A stretch of 54,492 nt of DNA, filler included, from Squatina squatina (Eukaryota), in NCBI GenBank assembly GCA_031763465.1. It is 3 parts of 3 records of this genome, joined end to end, with 100 filler letters (N's around TTAATTAATTAA, not from the genome) between each part and the next. Parts side by side here need not be neighbours in the genome. Positions count along the whole stretch, not along the records: positions 19,897 to 39,122 come from JARFOE010000080.1; positions 39,223 to 54,492 come from JARFOE010000001.1; 1 more part is not named here. The stretch is one strand, 5' to 3'. Under the pieces are notes generated by a model. That model saw only the letters and a program-made list of their open reading frames with translations, ran no database searches and had not been told where the DNA came from. Positions 37,700 through 50,889 of this stretch are shown here, piece by piece. Within the stretch, counting starts at the first letter, position 1. Each line of letters starts with the position of its first letter. The position numbers and the translations under genes are program-made.

Positions 37700-38723
37700 A
37701 TTTAATATTAGTAGTGCCCCATAATTTTCTGAAGGACATAATACTTAAGGAATTTAAAAATATTATTCCCGTTTTTGATCAAAATCAAATGAACTTCATT
37801 GTGTTTTCTCTCAATAACACTGAAATTCATTTGATGCATTTTGGAGCTTATCATTGTCTTTATGGGCTGTAGGCTTTGAATAGAGTGATAGATTGAGTTT
37901 GCTGATTGAGTATAAGTTGGTGCACAGAGCAAAGGTAGGCAAGATCGTATTGCTGCAGAATTAATTGCTGTAATTTGTGCAATGTCCTGGCAGGAAATTA
38001 AAAAGCCTATGTGAAATGGTTACTAAAGAGCCTTGTTCTAATAAAGGCNNNNNNNNNNNNNNNNNNNNNNNNNNNNNNNNNNNNNNNNNNNNNNNNNNNN
38101 NNNNNNNNNNNNNNNNNNNNNNNNNNNNNNNNNNNNNNNNNNNNNNNNGGTTAAAATGACCCCCTGCATGTTTTACAGTGGGGTCCAGACTAGAGGAGAG
38201 AGGCAGGCAGAAGTAACGCACAGCAGTGCAAATTCGGGGCAAATGGCCCAGCAGAATATTGGGTTCAAGCTGTCTAAACTGATTCTATTGTAAAAATATT
38301 TAATTGACTAATGCAAATATGGAAAGTACCAATTTGCATTTCTATAGAGACAACCATGAAGCAAACAGACTAATATTTGAATTTATAGCATTTATGTAAG
38401 TGTTAAAAGTTCTATCAAATTTATTTTGGGGTATTAGGGATCATCTAAGTAAGGTAGGACAATGCCACAATATAAGCATTTAGTTTTGCACCTGGTGGAT
38501 GTATCAAATGCTCCGAGGTGTAGCAGAGATCAGCTATCATACAAAGATATCTGCATTGTCCTGTGTCATGACCCTTAACCCAATCCGAGATGAATATCCT
38601 TGACAAATTTAAATGGCATAGTTCCTTATTTGCTCATTTTATTGTTGCTTTAATTGGTTTGTGACTCGAAGATGTTTGGATTATTGTGTGAACTGTTAAC
38701 AAAGCCTTTGTCTTTCTTCTTAG

Positions 38724-39122
38724 GTGATGGAGATTAAGGGACAAATGATTTATGTACCTGAATCAAACTCTGTTCTTTTCCTGGGCTCGCCATGTGTTGA
38801 CAAACTGGAGGAGTTAATGGGACGAGGTTTACATCTTTCGGACATACCCATCCATGATGCTACTCGCGATGTTATTTTAGTAGGCGAACAGGCTAAGGCC
38901 CAGGATGGCCTGAAGAAACGCATGGACAAATTGAAAGCAACCCTTGAAAAAGCACACCAAGCCTTGGAGGAAGAGAAGAAGAAGACAGTGGACTTACTTT
39001 ATTCGATCTTCCCGGGTGATGTTGCCCAACAACTGTGGCAGGGAAAATCAATGCAGGCGAGAAAATTTGATGATGTTACCATGCTTTTCTCTGACATTGT
39101 TGGCTTCACAGCTATTTGTGCG
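38724..39122 (+). CDS. GUCY1A2: GUCY1A2 PAS/coiled-coil/cyclase-start exon (truncated at scaffold end)
   Basis: tctttcttcttag|[71 protein letters not shown]...[16 protein letters not shown]. Confidence 0.97.
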
Positions 39123-39222
39123 NNNNNNNNNNNNNNNNNNNNNNNNNNNNNNNNNNNNNNNNNNNNTTAATTAATTAANNNNNNNNNNNNNNNNNNNNNN
39201 NNNNNNNNNNNNNNNNNNNNNN
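39123..39222. other. Artificial scaffold linker (six-frame stop spacer)
   Basis: 44 N + TTAATTAATTAA + 44 N. Confidence 0.95.
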
Positions 39223-40057
39223 GAGCTAGATGGGACCGTATGAAAACAAATGAAGACATTTTCTGTAATGTAGAATGATAACTGAACAAATGCAAAGTAA
39301 TTTTACAACAACCAGACGTCAATATGAATCAACCAAATTCACTTAACATTTAGCTCTCAACACTGTTGTATGAAATTATCTGCAGCTAATTATAATTCCT
39401 GAATTTGTGCTTGCTATGAAGTTCTTTTTATTTATTTCTATATTTAAAATACATGACACAAATTGTATGTTAGAAAGTTGTGCTTCTATTAGTCTGCAGC
39501 TCTGTATTTTTCTATAATAATGGACTTTATGTATCCTGTATTCAGCTGGTAATTTAGGATACGTGTTCAATACTTTTCCCCTGGATTGCCATACATGTGC
39601 ATTTCCTAAATAAACACAGCAATCAAGCTGTGTGGGACTTCACAATGCACAAGGGCCCTATTCACTGACATTCAGTGGCTTGCAGCTAACATATCTCTAC
39701 AAATGTGATTTGCACTGTGGAAATGTTNNNNNNNNNNNNNNNNNNNNNNNNNNNNNNNNNNNNNNNNNNNNNNNNNNNNNNNNNNNNNNNNNNNNNNNNN
39801 NNNNNNNNNNNNNNNNNNNNNNNNNNNTTGTGTGCTTGGGCAGCAAGCGGGCTGTCTTCACAGTTCCATCTCGGGAATTTTCTTGACTGACGATGCAGCG
39901 GCACATGGTGCTCCAACACATTGTGCTGCTGAGCTACGCAGAGTCATGCCCACCATTTTCATCTCCGTGTACTATCGACAGTCCAAAAATAAGTTCAAAA
40001 GTCGGACATGGGCATTTCACCAATAGAAGCAATGAGGCACATGATGACACTTTGGTG

Positions 40058-40485
40058 AAAGAAAGACTTGCATTTATATAACCACCTCAGGACATCTCAT
40101 AGTGCCTTACAGCCAATGAAGTACTTTTTGAAGTGTAGTCACTGTTGTAATGTAGGAAATGTGGTAGAAATTTGTACACAGCAAGCTCCCACAAACAGCA
40201 ATGCGATAATGACCAGAAAATCTGTTTTTTTACTAATGTTGGTTGAGGGATCGATATTGGTCAGGACACCGGGGAGAACTACCCTGCTTTTCTTCGAAAT
40301 AGTGTCAGGGGATCTTTTACATTCGCCTGAGAGGCAAGATGGGCTTCGGTTTAACGTCTCATCTGAAAGATGGCACTTCCTACACTCCCGCACTGGCAGC
40401 GTTAGCCTGGATTTTGTGCTCAAGTCTCTGGAGCGGGACTTGAAACCTCAACCTTCTGACTCCAAGGCAAGAGTGAGCTGTGGCT
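40058..40485 (-). mobile_element. Deu-domain SINE (SacSINE1-like), full length
   Basis: Reverse complement of the 16876-17322 family from tail AAAGACTTGCATTTATATA to head TTGAAACCTCAACCTTCTGACTC. Confidence 0.85.
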
Positions 40486-40612
40486 AACTCCATGGAGGTG
40501 ACAAGAGTACCAGGCAAATCAGCATGGATTCTTGGGTCTCAGCCCATTAAGACCAACAGGGATGACCACCTGGTGCAATGGGTCAGGGTGCGTACTGCAT
40601 TCGGGTTTGGAT

Positions 40613-40759
40613 CAATCTTCCCTCAGATTTTTTGTTCCGTGTACGGTCCTTTTAAATTTGCTGCACATTATCTTCCGGTGGCAACAGCTTGTGAGCAGCC
40701 TGCGCAGGCCTCCCAAGTGATGCTCAGCTGCGCACGCACACACCTGAGGGGGAACATTG
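40613..40759. mobile_element. hAT-type MITE related to 4168-4278
   Basis: TIRs CAATCTTCCCTCAG / CTGAGGGGGAACATTG; flanks GTTTGGAT / GTTAGGTT (6/8). Confidence 0.6.
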
Positions 40760-40959
40760 GTTAGGTTTAGTGTTACCCAATGATCGCTGCTGTAAGTAGA
40801 CATCCGGATGTCAGGTGAGGCCAAGATTAGGTTTGGCTGTGGTGCCCCCCTGCAGTTGAATAGACTGCTAACATTCACTGTATAAGTACTGCGAGGTAGC
40901 AGAGGGTTCCCAGCACCTTTGGAACTACACTCTAGCAAGAAGTCAACATCTTTGAGAAG

Positions 40960-41310
40960 GTAGGAAGGGAAAGGGAGAGTGGCGGAGGAAAAAGGGAGGA
41001 GAGGTGGGGGTGGGGGAAGTGAGAGGAAGGGGAGGGAGGCAAAAGTAGGGGTAAAAGAGGGAAGAGGATAGCAAGGGAAAGGAAGGACGAAATGAGGGAG
41101 CAGAGGAGAGGAGGGAAAGGAGTGAGAGAAGGGAAAGGGAAGGGGCAAAAGGCCAGAACATGGGAAGGCAGAGGGGGAATGAGAGGATAGCAACGGAAGA
41201 GAGCGGAGGGGAAAGAAGGGGAGGAGGCATGGGAACTGAGGGCAGCGACATGAGGGAAGGGGAAGGGAGAGGGGGAAAGAGAGAGGAAGGGATGGAAGGG
41301 GAGAAAATTA
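40960..41310. repeat. GA-rich polypurine low-complexity tract
   Basis: Directly visible; source of the Pro/Ser/Leu-rich minus-strand ORFs. Confidence 0.9.
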
Positions 41311-41591
41311 AAGTAAAGCTGTGCAACTGATATCTGACTACATTCTGCCAGTGTGAATTGTTGCCCACTGGCTGCGCATGTTGGGAAATCATGCGTACTG
41401 TGTTGCAGTTTTCCATTAATTGCACATGAGTTTTCTCTGTAGCAGTCTCATATCTATTACATAACATTTATATACAAGTTAGTTTATTTACAGTGATAGA
41501 TGAAAAGCCACTTATTTGATAGCTTTTATTTCACTGCTCCAGATGTGGAAGCTGGAAGATATTTTGTAGAAATGCAAGCAAATGAGTGATT

Positions 41592-41740
41592 AACATAGAA
41601 ACATAGAAGATAGGAGCAGGAGTCGGCCATTCGGCCCTTCGAGCCTGCTCCGCCATTCAATGAGATCATAGCTGATCTTCCAACTTCAGTACCCTGTCTT
41701 TCTCCCCGTATCTCTTGATCCCTTTAGCCTTAAGAGCTAT
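41592..41740 (-). mobile_element. CR1 LINE 3' tail
   Basis: AACATAGAAACATAGAAGATAGGAGCAGGAGTCGGCCATTCGGCCCTTCGAGCCTGCTCC. Confidence 0.85.
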
Positions 41741-42259
41741 AACACACGCAGGGTAAGGGGAAGGAGGAAGAAGAGGCGACTGATGTCAACTCACTCGTAC
41801 AAAGTCCCCTGCCCCCTTCCAAAAGAGTGGCTGGTGCTCCGTCCATAGGAAGAGTACCTCTGCATGGTGGAAGCTAATGACCCATTTTGAGCAGCAGTTT
41901 TGGCCTCTCTAAACTATCAACACTGTTCTCATTCCAGAAAGTTGGACAGAGTCCAGTCCCTCGTAAAAAGCTCGTAGTCAGTACTTACAACGTTAGCTTA
42001 AAAACAACCATCAGGTCTTCATGAACAGCTCAGAGCCGTTGAGGCAGAAACAAGAAGTGCTTCTGTACACCCAGCCTGGGCGAGATGTAACAGATTGTTT
42101 TGTGGCAGCTCTCAGCGTCCTCTTGGGGACAAGGAGACCGTGAACTTTGATGCAATGGATTCAGGGACAACTGCTGCTTCTCCCAAAAATAAATGTTGTG
42201 GAATAGGACATTACAGATACCCAACTGGCCATCCGCTCGTTTTGAGCGCTAAATTAAAA

Positions 42260-42871
42260 TTCGCGAAATTGGCCCTAGTTTAGCGCCGGCGTTAAATGGG
42301 CGCTAACACGGGAGCGCTGGAAAAGTGGCGCTAGCTGCAACACGGCCTCCATGCCGTCATCAGAGGGCGCAATGCCCAAAATGGCCGCCCGACAAAGAAT
42401 TGGCCTCAATTCTCTTGGCACTAAACTGGCGATGACAGCACCTGTTTTTTTGGGGCGGTAACACCTGTGCTGATATTTCTCTTAGGGCGCAAAATCATTG
42501 TCTATCATTCCCCATCATTTTTTACTGCAAAAACCCCTGTCTGGAGACCTTGTACAGCCTTGAAATCATTGTGCGTGACTTGGAACAGCCATTTTAATGA
42601 TTTTTGGTGATCTTCGATGACCTTTTGAAAAGCACAAAAATCAGGCTATTTGGTCATGGGGGCCATCACTAATGGGGAAGTCGGGACGGAGGTGCAGGAA
42701 TGGTGTCCTTTTGGAGCAGAGAGACAAGTCACACTGATAGTGACCTTTGCCTGATCCATTCGCTTTGTGACCATTGTGAATATTCGACCATGGATCTCCC
42801 CCGACACCACATGAGGTAGGTGAGGTAGAGTGATCACCTCCTTTTAGATGCTAGAGAGATGAGCGCACACC
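42260..42871 (+). repeat. Interspersed GC-rich repeat, copy 1 (probable non-autonomous Harbinger)
   Basis: Shares GGCGCAA..CCAAAATGGCCGCCCG, TTTTGGAGCAGAGAG, ACCTTTGCCTGA and AGGTGAGGTAGAG with 47580-48200. Confidence 0.65.
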
Positions 42872-42971
42872 NNNNNNNNNNNNNNNNNNNNNNNNNNNNN
42901 NNNNNNNNNNNNNNNNNNNNNNNNNNNNNNNNNNNNNNNNNNNNNNNNNNNNNNNNNNNNNNNNNNNNNNN

Positions 42972-43700
42972 CTCTGCCGAGTACTGCAGGGCTCTTCCAG
43001 ACTGGTCCAGGCAGCAAAAGCGTTGTTTCAACATGCCAGTGGTCTGCTCTATGACATTTTGTGTGGCAACATGGTTTCTTTGTATGCCTGAGTTGCGCAG
43101 CAGACTCATGAGCCATGTCGTCAACAGACAGCCCTTGTCGCCCAGTAGCCACCCTTTGGTTTGTCGTGGTGGCTCAATTGTAGATGGCACAGTGGACTCT
43201 TGCAGAATGAGGGCATCATGAATTCTGACAGGATAATGGGCATTGACCTGCATGATTCACTGTGTATGGTCGCACACCAGCTGGATATTGAGGAAATTGA
43301 ATCTCTTTTGGTTGTGATACACGTCAGCTTGGACATGCACTGCCTGCAATGAGACGTACGTGCAGCCAATGGCACCCTACGCCATCGGGAAGCCTGTAAT
43401 CCTCGCGAAGCTGTGTGCTCCCTGGCAAGAGAGAATGAAATGTAGTCAGCTCTTTGGAATAGAGAGCCTCAGTGACCTATCTTATGCAATAGTGGAGGGC
43501 AAACTGCGAGATTTTTCAAATATCTTCAGCTCCAGCCTAGAAGGAGCTAGATGCGTTAAAGTTCATGGCCACAGTCACCTGCACAGCCACTGGGACTGCA
43601 GTTGTCGCCCTGCTCTGAGGTGACAGTTTTGGCTGCAGCAGATAGCAGATTTCAGTGAGGATGTCCTTAGTGAAGCGCAGACATCTGACAAACTCTTCCT
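42972..43700 (-). mobile_element. PIF/Harbinger transposase relic (DDE core)
   Basis: QVNAHYPVRIHDALIL...GWLLGDKG...VIEQTTGMLKQRFCCLDQSGRALQYS; upstream FARITGFP; frameshifted. Confidence 0.9.
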
Positions 43701-45035
43701 NNNNNNNNNNNNNNNNNNNNNNNNNNNNNNNNNNNNNNNNNNNNNNNNNNNNNNNNNNNNNNNNNNNNNNNNNNNNNNNNNNNNNNNNNNNNNNNNNNNN
43801 ACCATAGGAGGCATTTAACTTGCTAAAATATTTTACTGAAGCACTATAAATTTCGAATGTGTTGGATAATTATAATCTACTATTGTAATAGCCTTGTTAA
43901 GTTTCTGGGATCCAAGTACATTTGCAATTTATCATTCTTCTTGTCGCGATTGCTAATAGGTTTGCTTATTCATTTATTTCCTTCATGTCATTTAAGTCCT
44001 TCATTCTGCCAAGCTCCATTTTCCTGCTGCACATTTTTCCTGCTTTTCTGCGTGGATGGATTACTGGGCAACATGTTGATCAGTTGTGGTCCAGCGTTGA
44101 CCTAGCAAACAATCCAATCCTTCAAACAGATCTTTGTATCATGTAAATCTTCGATGCTGTAACCCCAATAATAACTGGGGGCCAGTTTTCAGTGGGTGAG
44201 TTTTTGTGTCAGCTCAAAACTAACCCGCTGCGGCAAAAAAAGAGGCTCGTGGTATTTTAGCTCCCGGGCCTCATTTAAATGCCGCAGACAGAATGAGGGA
44301 TTCGATGGAAATCAGTGCAAAATCGTGAGTTGCAGAGGCTGGCAGGTAAGTGCGCAGAATCCACTGCCGAGCCATTCCGGGAGGGTCCCTGTGATCGGTG
44401 AGTGGTGGAGGAGGGGAAATTATAACAGGGTGACCTAAAATTTCTTCATGGTTTTAAAAGCAAAGAGAAAAAATATTTTTTAACCATGAAGGGGCCCCAA
44501 TTGGAGTGGCCCGAAACGGGCCGAAGCATTCGGGGCCACACAGCCGAGGATGCGCTCCGCCGGCAGCGGGTTTCCAGGATGCGGCCTTGGTGACTTTGTT
44601 ACCGTTCTGGGTCAGTGTAGCGTTGGAATGCGAAACCAACGTTGACACGGCGCTGACCCAGCACTGACCCGGTCAATGCCGCGTCACTGCCAGGTTGCGC
44701 AAGCCACAACCCCNNNNNNNNNNNNNNNNNNNNNNNNNNNNNNNNNNNNNNNNNNNNNNNNNNNNNNNNNNNNNNNNNNNNNNNNNNNNNNNNNNNNNNN
44801 NNNNNNNNNNNNNGAACTGAGTTGCCCGTGCTTCAAGGGACAGAATATAAGGGCCTGAGGGCCATAAGTAGCCCTGGAACCTCTGGTTGAACATTGCTGG
44901 CTTCTTCCTATTCTCTCTAAAGGAGGTTCCCTAATCAGGCAATTGTTCTGTTCACAGAATCTCAACATGCTATTCAGAGCAGTTGTACTTTTATTTAACT
45001 GATGTTCACTGGCTTGTATCTGCTTGTATTTGCAG

Positions 45036-45211
45036 CTTTGAGAAGCCATTTTGGCCAACCTATCATTAACGGAGACTGGGCCATAGATAGGCCAGGCTCT
45101 TATGAAGCTGCAGGAACCGTGTTCAAGTACAAGAGGCCAAATGAGATCAGTACTACAGCAGGGGAATCCTTCATTGCTGAGGGGCCAACCAGTGAAATTC
45201 TGGACGTCTAT
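45036..45211 (+). CDS. THSD4: THSD4 (ADAMTSL6) spacer-domain exon (176 nt)
   Basis: ttgtatttgcag|(A)LRSHFGQPIINGDWAIDRPGSYEAAGTVFKYKRPNEISTTAGESFIAEGPTSEILDVY|gtaagt; matches recalled THSD4 YKRPNEISSTAGESFLAEGPTNEILDVY. Confidence 0.88.
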
Positions 45212-45904
45212 GTAAGTTTAAACTTTAGATCTAAGCTGGGCAATTCCTTTGAAATGCCAACAAAGCTTCACATTGCTTCTGTTCATAAATTAAAGTTTCT
45301 AATCTTCTGGGGGTTGAATTGAAAAACTCCAGTAAAAGAAAGCTTCAAGAATCTGGCGATAAGTCAACAACAACTGTTGGGAACAGTTGTAGAACATCAT
45401 AAAAATAGAAGTGAATAAGAAACATAAAATGTCAATATAATGCAATGATGGGAGAGAATGTTAATACAATATTAATTTTAGAGAAATTGTTAATAGAGTG
45501 TCAGTGGTTGAAAATAGTGTTAATATAATTTTGTTGATTGGTCANNNNNNNNNNNNNNNNNNNNNNNNNNNNNNNNNNNNNNNNNNNNNNNNNNNNNNNN
45601 NNNNNNNNNNNNNNNNNNNNNNNNNNNNNNNNNNNNNNNNNNNNAATAAACTAATTCCTTCAGGGAGAAGCAGGGAGGGTGGGAAAAAAGGCACAACAGA
45701 GAAAATAACAGGTAGACAAAAAAAAAGTTGAGAGATCTGACAATATGTATTGTGCATGATCCAAGCATTGGAATGGCATGATTGTCGAGGGGATGACGCA
45801 GAGTACAGATTTTCCAAGTGCAACTTAGTAGATGTGACAATCTCTCAGCTACAAAATGAAATTTTTTTTTAGACCCAACATAGGGTGGCCGTAAAGATGT
45901 TTCC

Positions 45905-46032
45905 ACTTGTGAAGGAGAAAGGAATGGGAGGATATGTTGATAGGGTGAGATGAAGAGGGATGGGAGGAGGCTTGTGTGGAGCATAAACACCAGCATAGAA
46001 AGTTGGGCCAAATAGCCTGTTCCTGTGCTGTA
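45905..46032 (+). mobile_element. CR1 3' tail (second subfamily)
   Basis: GGAGGAGGCTTGTGTGGAGCATAAACACCAGCATAG...TTGGGCCAAATAGCCTGTTCCTGTGCTGTA. Confidence 0.7.
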
Positions 46033-47579
46033 GGCACAATGTGATGTTGAAGTGCCTAAATTATTTAGTATATATGTTACACACATTCCTCACATACAGG
46101 CACACATCTAATACTTTTGCCTTTTCTTCTGGTTTTATGGAGCAGATGGTAACAAGGTTCAGGAATTATAATATAGAGCTAATAGTGCTGTTATGAATTA
46201 AAACTGATTTGAGATATTGCTTTTTGAAATTGATAAATAAAAAGTAAACTGCTCATGTTACTGACTTTGACTGTTTTACTGAGCTGGAATTATATGCTGC
46301 AAGATGGGCACGAGTATCTCAATTCTTTTCCAAGAGTAGTGAATATTGTATTTCAGAAGCTTATCAGGCATCCGTGGCCTGAAATGTCAGAACAGAACAC
46401 AGAAATACAAATGGTACAAAGCACTACTGTCAAGGACCATCACTGAAAGGTTTGGAGACTTGGGAAATTCAGCCCTGGTTGCGCCTCGCTAGCGCCTCCA
46501 GGGGGCGCTACTGGACAAAATGGGGCCATGAGGTGGCCATCTTGTCTCCCAGGGAATTCAGCTGGGGCCAAAGGCCTTTATGATGTCATAAAGACCCACG
46601 CCGACCCGCACTGCGCAGCCGCAACACCCTTTGCGCTCCGTTTGCATCCCGCAGGCGGAATTCACACGGGACACGGCCGCAGTGCTGGGCGGTTGCAGCA
46701 ACAGGAAAAACTATCGCTGCAACAGCCCTCTTAAAGGGAAGCTGAGTGTCGGCAGCCACCATCTTTATTTGTCGGCCGACTCTCATGTTGGCCAACTGAT
46801 GGCGGCCCACGGCCCAATCAGGCCACCATCCCCTCGCCTGGCGTGCCAGGCTGCTGGCCTGGTCGGTAGTGCCCCAGTGGCACGCCATGGGTGCCATCAG
46901 GATGGCCGGCGACCCTCCCCTTTAAAGGGAGGCCTGGCCACGCTCCTGACATTCAAGCGNNNNNNNNNNNNNNNNNNNNNNNNNNNNNNNNNNNNNNNNN
47001 NNNNNNNNNNNNNNNNNNNNNNNNNNNNNNNNNNNNNNNNNNNNNNNNNNNNNNNNNNNNNNNNNNNNNNNNNNNNNNNNNNNNNNNNNNNNNNNNCCTT
47101 CCTGCAAACATGTGTTAGCTTTCGACCAATGGCCGCCGATAAGCATTTGTTTCTGGGCCATCCTTTCTACAAACATGTGGCCAGTGGCCAGCGATGAGTC
47201 TTCCGTATACTCCCGTATCAATCATTCTGATAGTTGATCACAGGGCCTCAAATCAGAGCCATCACGTCTGCAGAAACTGGTCTTTCCTCAAGTCTATCCG
47301 TGTAAAAACCTCCCAAGGTGTAAACACTAGCCTCTTATCACAGCAGGCTCACCTCACATCCGAACAGCAAGGAACTTCCTTACCTTTAACATTTTGAAGC
47401 CTCGTTGTCTTTCACCCGAAGCATCTTGGGACAACACTCAGTCAATTTTAAATTTGGCCACGTTACTTCAAATTTTACATCAAAAAGCAAGAATATGGGG
47501 CACCCAATTCATCCTTTTTTCCTGGCGTTAAATTGGCATGGAGGGCTTAACGCTGATTTTGGGTGCTAAACTTAGCAAT

Positions 47580-48200
47580 GGGAAATTCGTCCCCCCCTTA
47601 ATGCTGGCGCTAAATGGGTGTTAAAATTTTAAGGCTGAAAACGCAGAGGCCAGCGTTAGAGGGACTCAATGACGTCATCATTGGGCGCAACACCAAAAAT
47701 GGCCGCCCGCTGGAGAATTCGATAAGGCTGCTGAGCCTTAAAACTAGTGGTGACAACGCCCAGTTTTTTAGGCATTGTCACCCGCTGGGGAGTGATGGTT
47801 AAGTTCTATTTTTAAGAAAATCAGCATTAATTTTAGTTTTTATTCCATCGCAATTTTTTTTGACTAAATGGAGTTGTAGGCATTGTTTGAAAGTTTAAAA
47901 GTGGTTACCTTACCATAATAAGTGGTTTTTCCTGCCCACTTTTTATTTTTTTTAAATTGACTATTCGGCCATGTCAGCCATCACTCATGTAGTGGGGACG
48001 GAGGTGCGGAGATGGCATGCTTTTGGAGCAGAGAGGTGAGTCACATTGATATTTACCTTTGCCTGACCTAGTCGCTTCGTGACCAATGTGACTATTCGGT
48101 CATGGGGGGGCATCACTCATGTTGGAGTGGGATCTCCACCGACACCACTTGAGATAGGTGAGGTAGAGGAATCACTTCCTTTTGGACGCAAGAGAGCTGA
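47580..48200 (+). repeat. Interspersed GC-rich repeat, copy 2
   Basis: Starts GGGAAATTC; homologous to 42260-42871; contains an internal duplicated CTATTCGG.CATG....CATCACTCATGT unit. Confidence 0.65.
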
Positions 48201-49084
48201 GGACAATCCAAGATGATGCCAGGCATCTGGCATCTCCAGCTGGCCACATCAGAGACAATGCAGTGAAAGGTAACTCTGAGCACTTATTAAAAATAGCTTT
48301 TGTAGGCAGGCAGCAAGGTCAGAAGTTTATGGACAAAGTTGCCAAGCTAATCAAATACCAACGCAGGAAAAACTCGCTGTAATAAAGGACAGGTTGTGTG
48401 GAACGTTTTTATAAATAGGATCAATGGGCAGTCTATAATAAGAGATATAATTTTACATTTTCAGATGGCTGCCTTTCAGACTGTGCATCCTTCACATTCT
48501 CTGGAACAATGCACCTGGTCACACGTTGCCAGAAAACCAAGCAGTGGTTTTTAATAACTTGAGATTTCTCTACTTGCCCTGTATTCTAATAAACTGTTCC
48601 AAAATGCCTGATAGATGGGTGACCTATAAAAGAATAATAGGACTGTTTGTACTTGGTCCTTGATACACAGCGCTTTTCACAGCACATTATTCATGTTGTG
48701 GCTTTCTGAAATGTGAAAGGAACTCTTAAAGGGTAGACACTGTGGTGTGCAGAATGGGTTAATAACTGCTAAAACAGGAAACACGGCGATTTTATCGATG
48801 GTGTTGGCCAAAGTGTTAAAAGTAGCGGATAGAAAATGCCATCCCTAGTGTGAGGCGTACGCACACAATGGATAGAATAGGGTTCCGTCTTTCAGAGGAG
48901 ACGTTAAAACCGAGGCCCCGTCTGCTCTCTCAGTTGGATGTAAAAGATCCCATGGCGCTGTTTGAAGAAGTGCNNNNNNNNNNNNNNNNNNNNNNNNNNN
49001 NNNNNNNNNNNNNNNNNNNNNNNNNNNNNNNNNNNNNNNNNNNNNNNNNNNNNNNNNNNNNNNNNNNNNNNNNTGCATTCAATT

Positions 49085-49330
49085 CAGGCCTCTTACACAT
49101 CCCCGGTTTCCCATGCCTTCAGCTGCCAAGGCCTTGAGCTCTGGAATTCCCTCCCAAAACCTCTCCACCTCGCCAACCGCTCCAATCTCTCCTCCTTTAA
49201 GATGCTCCTCTAAACCTACCTCTTTGACCAAGCTTTTGGTCACCTGCCCCAATATCTCCTTACGCTCAGTGTGAAGCGCCTTGGGGTGTTTTACCACGTT
49301 AAAGGTGGCATATGAATGTAAGCTGCTGTT
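49085..49330 (+). mobile_element. L2 LINE 3' tail
   Basis: CTCTGGAATTCCCTCCC...CCTACCTCTTTGACCAAGCTTTTGG...GTGAAGCGCCTTGGG. Confidence 0.8.
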
Positions 49331-50443
49331 CAAGGTATTTTAGTAACCTGCGATTTCAGATCTCAATAAAAACGAGGAAGGTAAATTAGTTATGGGAATG
49401 CAGATGGATGAAGTGGGCTGCTGTAGTGTTTCTGTCAGAATTACAATTTGGGAATAAGATGCTGCAAGCCACAGTGAAATAACTGTGAATATCAGGAACT
49501 GGAAAGAGTGAACTCTGGCTCAGCAGCTTTGGCTGTAGCTTCATATTTTGAACATTTTAATTTCTAACACAGTGCTTTTGTTCACCATAATCTCCACATC
49601 CTGCCAGCACTGCAGAAATTAGTTTCTGGTATGGGAAAAAAACATTTACTGACAGAGCACAGAAAATATTTCCAACACACAATATACAAAAGGGTTCTTA
49701 CTCACAACTGGCCATANNNNNNNNNNGATTATAATTTGGGGTGCATTTAGGGCGCAGGGAGGAAACAAAGTCCCCGTGGAAACTGAGGTCTGGGTCATTT
49801 TAACTTCCAGGACTCGTTTAAATACTGCAGCACTGTCCTCCACCCAAAGCTGACAGGAGTGACGGTCGGGGCCAGCAGGCAGGAGCAAAAATTGGGACGC
49901 AAGGCCTAGGACTCTGGGGACCCAAGGGAATGGGGTGGAGCGAGAGCGGTGCGGTTTCCTACAGGCGATGTTGGCAATGGGGGAGAGAGGCAAGGCTGGG
50001 GCTGAGGCGGCCCAAGGACTCCTTGCGGACCTGGGGGAGCAGACCCCTGCAAAGGAAGGTCAATTTAAACACTTACCGTGGCCTTTCTGCAGACGGGTTT
50101 GCTCGCAAGCGAGCCACACGAGACTTTTAGTTAAAATAGTGCTGCGGTGCTGATGGCATCAGCGCCACGCTCCGGATGCCAGCTCGCTGATGTCAGCGAG
50201 GCCCCGCCCCCTGAATTAAAGGGGAGGGCTCCCGGCCAACAAAACAGTGGCCTAATGGCCGCCACTAGGCCATCAGGGACACCGCTGTCTGGGCTACCTC
50301 CCCGGCATGCTAGTCGGTGTACCGAACAAGCAAATGGTGGCCCNNNNNNNNNNNNNNNNNNNNNNNNNNNNNNNNNNNNNNNNNNNNNNNNNNNNNNNNN
50401 NNNNNNNNNNNNNNNNNNNNNNNNNNNNNNNNNNNNNNNNNNN

Positions 50444-50882
50444 ATGGAGGAACTGGGGCTGGCGGTACTGCTGCTGCTGGTCGGGGCGGAGTGGGGGCCG
50501 GCAGTGCGGGCTGAGTGCGGCCGCTGCGAGCCCACCTCCTGCCCGGCCGTGCAGTGCAAAGTGCCCGAGCTCTTGGCCAAGGACGAGTGCGGCTGCTGCG
50601 GCCGCTGCCTGGGCACCCAGGGCGAGCTGTGTGGGGGCGAGCGGCTGAGGCACGGCCGCTGTGCCCCGGGCTACGTGTGCCTGACCTCGGCGGACGGGCA
50701 GGAGGCGGAGGAGAAGGCGGAGGAGGGCACCGGCTCCTGCGTGTGCAAGCACGACTACCCGGTGTGCGGCTCCGACGGCGGTACCTACCCCACCATCTGC
50801 GCCCTGCACCTGGCCAGCTGGCTCTCCGCGCACCGGCTGGAGGGCAAGATCCACAAGGCGCACGATGGGGAGTGTAAATACG
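50444..50882 (+). CDS. IGFBP7/IGFBPL1-family secreted protein, exon 1 (signal peptide, IGFBP and Kazal domains)
   Basis: Hydrophobic leader LAVLLLLVG; DECGCCGRC IGFBP motif; PVCGSDGGTYPTIC Kazal motif; ends KAHDGECKY G|gtaaga (phase 1); CpG-rich. The ATG sits at a contig edge, so the true start may be upstream. Confidence 0.92.
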
Positions 50883-50889
50883 GTAAGAG

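Noticed and set aside
40612-41467. 193-aa and 174-aa Pro/Ser/Leu-rich ORFs
   Set aside because: Translations of a polypurine low-complexity tract.
43985-44102. Possible minus-strand terminal exon VNAGPQLINMLPSNP...GLK*
   Set aside because: Weak acceptor, no recognised homology and no partner exon.
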